Shown here piece by piece: positions 58,542 through 64,000 of a stretch of 64,000 nucleotides of DNA. The notes under the pieces were generated by a model, which saw only the letters and a program-made list of their open reading frames with translations, did not search any database and was not told the origin of the DNA. The position numbers and the translations under genes are program-made. The DNA is from an uncultured Planctomycetota bacterium (lineage in GTDB: Bacteria; Planctomycetota; Planctomycetia; Isosphaerales; Isosphaeraceae). The number at the start of each line of letters is the position of its first letter. Positions within the stretch are counted from its first letter, which is position 1. The stretch is taken from NCBI GenBank assembly GCA_963845755.1, contig CAWJTV010000019.1, forward strand, positions 160,001 through 224,000. Direction: 5' to 3'.

Positions 58542-59657
58542 TCATCCTTCCTCTTCCTCCTCCTCGCCCTCTTCATCCTCGTCGAAGATTCCCTTCTTGG
58601 CGTTCTCGATGCGCTCGCGCAGGTCGTTCGGTTTCCGGGACTTGAACATCACCTCGCTCTCCTCGACCAGGCCCTGCTTCCAGAGGTTGAAGAGGCTGTC
58701 GTCGAGCAGGATCATGCCATGCTTGCGCCCGGTCTGGATGGAGGAATCGATCCGGTACGTCTTGTTCTCGCGGATTAAGTTGGAGATCGCCGGGGTGACG
58801 ACGAGCATCTCGTAGGCGGCCACCAGGCCCTTGGGCTTGCGGGGCAAGAGCGCTGCGCAGGATGCCGAGGATCGCCACCGACAACTGGGTGCGGATCTGG
58901 TCCTGCTGATCCTTGGGGAACACGTCGATGATCCGGTTGACGGTGCCCTCGGCCGAGTTGGTGTGCAGGGTGGCGAAGACGATGTGGCCGGTCTCGGCCG
59001 CGGTGATCGCCGCGGAGATCGTGGCCAGGTCGCGCATTTCGCCGACCAGGATGATGTCGGGGTCCATCCGCAGGGCCCGGCGAATCGCCTCGGGGAAATC
59101 GGGCACATCGACGCCGATCTCACGCTGATTGATCAGCGACTTGTTGTGCTTGTGGAAATACTCGATCGGGTCCTCGATCGTGATGATGTGGCGATCCATC
59201 GTGCCGTTGATCCAGTTGATCATCGACGCCAGGCTCGTGGTCTTCCCCGAGCCGGTTGGACCCGTCACCAGGATCAGTCCCCGCGGCCGGGTGATCAACC
59301 CCTCGATCACCGGCGGCAAGCCGAGCTGTTCAAACGTCAAGAACTCGTTGGGGATCCGCCGCAACACCAACCCGACATTGCCACGCTGCTTGTAAATGGC
59401 AACCCGGAACCGGGCCATGTCGCCGAACGCAAAGCCGAAGTCGGTCCCCCCAACTTCTTGCAGCTCCTGCTGACAACGCTCCGGCGCGATGCTCTTCATC
59501 AAGGAGACCGTGTCCGAGGGCTCGAGCACCTTGGTCGCCAGGGGCGCATATGCCCATGCAGCCGAAGCATCGGCTGGCTGCCGACAGTCAGATGGAGGTC
59601 GCTCGCTTTCTGGGTGCAGACGGTCTGAAGCAGTTTATCGATGAGCAGCGTACCCAT
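58542..59657 (-). CDS. pilT: PilT retraction ATPase (frameshifts near 59560 and 58855)
   Basis: KASDLHLTVG, GPTGSGKTTSLAS, TIEDPIE, QREIG, ALRMDPDIILVGEMRD, AAETGH, AISNLIRE. Confidence 0.93.
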
Positions 59658-60022
59658 TGCCCTGGAATCCCTCCGCGGAAACGTCGATGGAACCCGTCGT
59701 CATCAATTCTCACACCCGCCATCGGGGCTTGACTTTTCCTGTCAACCAGGTGTCCACCGAATTCTGACCGTATACCTTGAGGTTAGGGCGATGGCTTGTT
59801 GCCCCCCGACACGGTGATTATTCGGATGGATTCCCTCCAGAATCAAGCGATTGACAGGGTGGTCTCACCCACAAACACCAGATGATTCACGCTTGTCTGT
59901 CCCCATTGCCTGGCGTTGGAGACCCTATGGAATGCCAGGAGGTAGCATCCTTCTCGGCGCAATTGCGGCCTCGATGCGATCGGGGAGCGTGATCGGTCCG
60001 AGGTCGCGGCTCGCCTGTGCGC

Positions 60023-61754
60023 TCACTTCTTGACCGCGGGCTCCGCCATCTCACGCTGAGTGATGCGCAACACCTCGTCGAGGGTGGTCGTACCCTTGAG
60101 GGCCTTAATCATACCGTCCTCGAACAAAGTATGCATCCCCTGTTTACGGGCCATCTTACGTACATTCTGCGTCGATTCCCCCTTGAAGGCCATTTCCCGG
60201 ACGTGCGAGCTCATGGTCATCAGCTCGTAGATGCCCATCCGACCGCGATAGCCCGTCTTATTGCAATAGGCACATCCCTTGCCCTTCATGAAGTTCGCTT
60301 TCTTGACGATCTCCGGCCGCAGCCCGAGAGCGGTCAAGAGGTGCGCAGGGGGGCTCATAACGGTGCTTGCACTTCGGGCAAACCTTCCGCACCAGCCGCT
60401 GCGCCATGATCGCAAGCACCGAGCTTGCAACCAAAAATGGCTGGATACCAATATCCACCAGACGTGTAATGGCACTGGGCGCATCGTTCGTGTGCAATGT
60501 ACTGAAAACCAAGTGTCCGGTCAGACTGGCTTGAATTGCGGTCTCGGCTGTCTCCAGGTCGCGGATTTCACCCACCAGGAGGATGTTGGGATTCTGTCGG
60601 AGCATGGCCCGGATGATGCGGGCGAACGTCATCCCGATCTTGGCTTTCACTTCACATTGGTTCACGCCGGGCAGGTAGTATTCGACAGGATCCTCGGCCG
60701 TGATGATCTTCACATCGGGCCGGTTCAGCTCATTGAGCGCGGCATAAAGCGTGGTGGTCTTCCCCGAGCCGGTCGGGCCGGTCACCAGCAAGATGCCGTT
60801 GGGACGTTTGATCAGTTGCTTGAACCGGCCCCAGTCGTCATCGCCGAAGCCGAGGTCCTGCAATCCCACCTTGATATTATCGCGGTCCAGGATTCGCATC
60901 ACGACCGATTGGCCATGGCTGGTTGGGATGATGCTGACGCGCAGGTCGATATCCTTGCCGGCGACGAGGATCTTGATCCGTCCGTCCTGGGGGCGGCGTT
61001 TCTCGGCGATGTCGATCGACCCCATGATCTTGATACGGCTGACGATGGCACCCAGCAATCGCCGGGGGGCGTTGTCCCGCTCCATCAGCACACCGTCGAT
61101 CCGATAACGGATCCGCACCCGATCGGCGAAGGGCTCGATATGGATGTCGCTGGCGCGTTGCTGCACGGCCTCTTGGATGATGAGGTGCACCAACTTGATG
61201 ACGGGCGCATCCCCTTCCTCCAGGGTGTTGGTGGTCCCGCCCTTGCTGGTGGCGACCCCACCTTCATCGGCGAAGTCGATCGCGGTATCGGTGAACTCTT
61301 GCAGCATCGAGTCCACCGATTCCGTCTCCGTCGAGGCGCTCCCATAGTATTTGTTGATCGCCTCGACGATTGCTTCCTTGGGAGCCAACGAGACCTCGAT
61401 CTCCCGATTCAGCACGAATCGAAGCTTGTCGATTGTCTCGAAGTCCATGGGATCATGCATGATAACGCGAATGACACCGCTTTCCTGCGCGAGGGGCATG
61501 ACGATGTTTTCGCGGGCGAGTGACTCGGGGACGAGCTCGATCACCGACGGGGGGATTTCGATCTCGTGCAATTCCACGAAGGCAAGGCCATGCTGTTCGG
61601 CCTTGGCTTTCATGATATCGTCGGCGTCAGCATAGCCGAGCCTCATCAGCGCTTCCTCGACCGCCCCTTGCGACCGGCTCGCTTCCTTGAGTTGATCGGG
61701 CCCGATCACCCCGCGGCGGATGAGAATCTCGGTCCATTCCCGACTCTTGGCCAT
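60023..61754 (-). CDS. pilB: Second PilB/GspE assembly ATPase (frameshift near 60350)
   Basis: ASDIHIEP, RRPQDGRI, GPTGSGKTT, LRQNPN..LVGEIRD, TLHTND, CPKC...CAYC, GYRGR, GTTTLDEVLRIT. Confidence 0.92.
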
Positions 61755-62082
61755 AACTGTCGACTCCGGAGATGAATGTGACACGGGCTGGGGATGGAAA
61801 ACGGGAGCGGTTGTCGGCGAACAACGGCAACACCGGCCCGTCTTCCCCACTTGCTGGAAGATGGCGAGGGTAGAGCTAGCGGGATAATGGGAATTACGAC
61901 AATACGACCGATTCCGTGACGAGCCTCTGGACGTCCCGGCCGAACCAACACCCACCGAGCGCGAATGACAGGAATGATCGAATCGATGAGGACGCTTGAA
62001 CTTACCAAGAATTTGACGCGGCGGCAAGGAAATGGTTCAAAAAGATACACGTTCGCATGGTGCTGGCAGGCTGGATCGCCTC

Positions 62083-63145
62083 TCAAGGCGACGTCCCAGA
62101 TGACGGTCCGGGCGCCCGGGACGACCTCGCCGATGATCCAGGCGGGGGTCCGTGCCTTCAGGTTGAGGTGGCGGACGATCGAATCGGCGTAGAACTCGGC
62201 GACGACGAGGATCAGGCCGATGCCCATGTTGAAGACCCGGTCCATCTCGGCCTGATCGACTGCGCCCAGACGCTGGAGCCAGGGGAACACTTTGGGCACC
62301 GGCCAGGACCCGCGGCTGAGGCGAATGGCGAAGTCCTCGGGAAGGATGCGTGGAGGGTTATCGACGAGGCCGCCGCCGGTGATATGGGCGATCCCGTGGA
62401 CGATCCGCTTGACCCGGTAGTGCCGGTACACGGTCTTGACGGCGCGGACGTAGATCCGGGTCGGTTCGAGCAACTCCTCGGCCACTGAGCGGCCCAGCTC
62501 TTCGACGAACGTCTCGGGCGCCAGGCCCGCCCGTTCGAAGACGATCTTCCTCGCCAGGCTATAGCCGTTGGAATGAAGGCCGGAGCTGGCCAGGCCCACG
62601 ACCTTGTCCCCGGGGCGGATGTCCTGGCCGTCGAGGATGTGTTTCCGCTCGACGACGCCCACGCAGAACCCGGCGAGATCGTATTCGCCCGGCTGATAGA
62701 AGTCGGGGAGGATCGCGGTTTCGCCGCCCAGGAGCGCGCACTCAGCATCGATGCAGCCATCGCTGATCCCCTGGACCACCTGGCTGGTCATGTCCGGGTC
62801 GTCTCGGCTCATGGCGACATAATCGAGGAACAGCAGTGGCTCGGCCCCCGCGCAGAGGCAATCGTTGACCGACATGGCAACCAGGTCGATGCCGACGGTC
62901 CCATGGCGGCCGGTGGCGAAGGCCAGTTTGAGCTTGGTCCCGACGCCGTCGGTCGAGGCGACGAGGACCGGGTCCCGATAGGTGCGCGAGAGCAGCCCGA
63001 TCTGATCGTCGAGGCGAAAGAGCCCCGCAAACCCGTCCTTCCACTCGATCACCCGCGGCGTGTAGGTGCGCCGAAGCAACGGCGGGAACCGGGAGATCGT
63101 CTCCTCATAGGTTTCGAGATCCACGCCGGCCGCTCGATAATCCAT
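62083..63145 (-). CDS. purM: Phosphoribosylformylglycinamidine cyclo-ligase (AIR synthetase); true stop uncertain
   Basis: MDYRAAGVD, STDGVGTKL, IDLVAMSVND, GAEPLLFLDY, GGETA, SSGLHSNGYSL, AHITGGG, FNMGIG. Confidence 0.95.
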
Positions 63146-63505
63146 GGATTGATCCCCAGGCGCGAATCGCCCGCTCGCCCCGACCGTGGCAACCGGCGGC
63201 ACCCTGCGACGACCCGCATGGTCCTACACGTCGCGGTATCACCACACCCCTTTGGCCCCGCCATCTTACGGCTTCCGAAGGGCCTTGAGAAGCGCGGTAG
63301 CCGCGTTCAGGATTTCAGATCCCAGGGATCCGGACGATGAAGGCTCGGCCTGTGTCCAGCCTTCTCCTTGATCCCCGCTTCGCTTGGGGTTATCCTGATA
63401 GTTAACACGGCTCGACACACCGGCCGAGGCCGGCCCGCCTCAATGGACTTGCCGGAACTCGACACTCGATCGATATCCGCCAACGACCGCACGGAGACTT
63501 GCAGC

Positions 63506-63973
63506 ATGATCCGCAAATGGATGGTTTTCACCCTCAGCGCCGGGCTTCTCATCTCCCTGGGAGCCGGCGTCACATTCTCCCAGGCGGACGACGAGGAGTC
63601 GGAGCTGGGGAAGGTTATGGAGAAGGTGCAGAAGGAGAACGGGGCCATCATCAAGGGGACGCGGACTCCCACCTACTTCAAGAGGTATCACAAGGACGTC
63701 CAAAAGAGCGCCAAGGAGTTGGTGAAGTTGGCCAAGCAGGCCAAGCCGTTGAAGGACGCCTTGAAGAAGGCCAAGGACGAGAAGGACCCTCAGAAGAAGT
63801 GGAACGAGCTGATGGACGAGTTCATCAAGACGTCCGAAAAGTTCGAGAAGGTCTTGGCGAAGTCGGGTACGAGCACCGAGGAGGCGAAGAAGGCGAAGGA
63901 CGCCTTCCGGCCCGTGACCAAGAGCTGCACGGATTGCCATACGGTCTTCCGCGTGGATGAAGAGAAGTTCTGA
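63506..63973 (+). CDS. Secreted class II (c'-like) cytochrome c
   Basis: Signal peptide, helical Lys-rich body, single C-terminal CTDCH heme motif. Confidence 0.85.
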   Translation: MIRKWMVFTLSAGLLISLGAGVTFSQADDEESELGKVMEKVQKENGAIIKGTRTPTYFKRYHKDVQKSAKELVKLAKQAKPLKDALKKAKDEKDPQKKWNELMDEFIKTSEKFEKVLAKSGTSTEEAKKAKDAFRPVTKSCTDCHTVFRVDEEKF

Positions 63974-64000
63974 GGACCCCGCTGGCGTGGGTATCACCGG

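Noticed and set aside
61706..62082. C-terminal extension of PurM
   Set aside because: The sequence after ...RTVIWDV is non-protein-like and runs into the pilB start; a missed stop caused by an indel is more likely.
59..63145. Mass pseudogenisation or phase variation suggested by frameshifts in most long genes
   Set aside because: Indels hit unrelated genes evenly, including pilT, pilB and pilC, while motifs stay intact on both sides. Uncorrected long-read errors are the simpler explanation; short-read polishing would settle it.
1..64000. tRNA, rRNA or riboswitch
   Set aside because: None recognisable by eye; an Infernal/Rfam and tRNAscan-SE run would be needed to exclude them.

Overview
High-GC bacterial window with a Planctomycetota (probably Isosphaeraceae-like) signature: a planctomycete-type ECF sigma factor beside a Ser/Thr kinase, a DUF1559 / H-X9-DG pilin, Uma2 paralogues and an ISAzo13 element. 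Most long genes carry single-base indels, which I read as assembly errors rather than true pseudogenes, so many genes below are stitched across frames and their coordinates are approximate. Bases 1-32 kb are accessory: ECF/kinase signalling, a BlaI-BlaR1-like module with a clear promoter and operator, hydrolases, IS remnants, MITE/REP-like repeats, and an ISAzo13 that interrupts a gene and has a 3-bp target duplication. Bases 33-62 kb are one co-oriented minus-strand type IV pilus / T2SS-like locus: pilB-pilT-pilB-pilC, five large pilin-like genes, a ~2,500-aa PilX-like gene and a DUF1559 pilin. purM and a class II cytochrome c follow. The most unusual signal is non-coding. Many gene junctions of the pilus locus hold pairs of mutually inverted 7-mer tandem arrays or REP-like doublets, with a different unit at each junction. 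These are placed at stop and start codons, sometimes inside prepilin leader coding regions, and in one case they enclose a four-helix-bundle (IVS/Avd-like) gene. The pattern suggests mRNA-level intervening hairpins or a translational-coupling device, but that function is inference.
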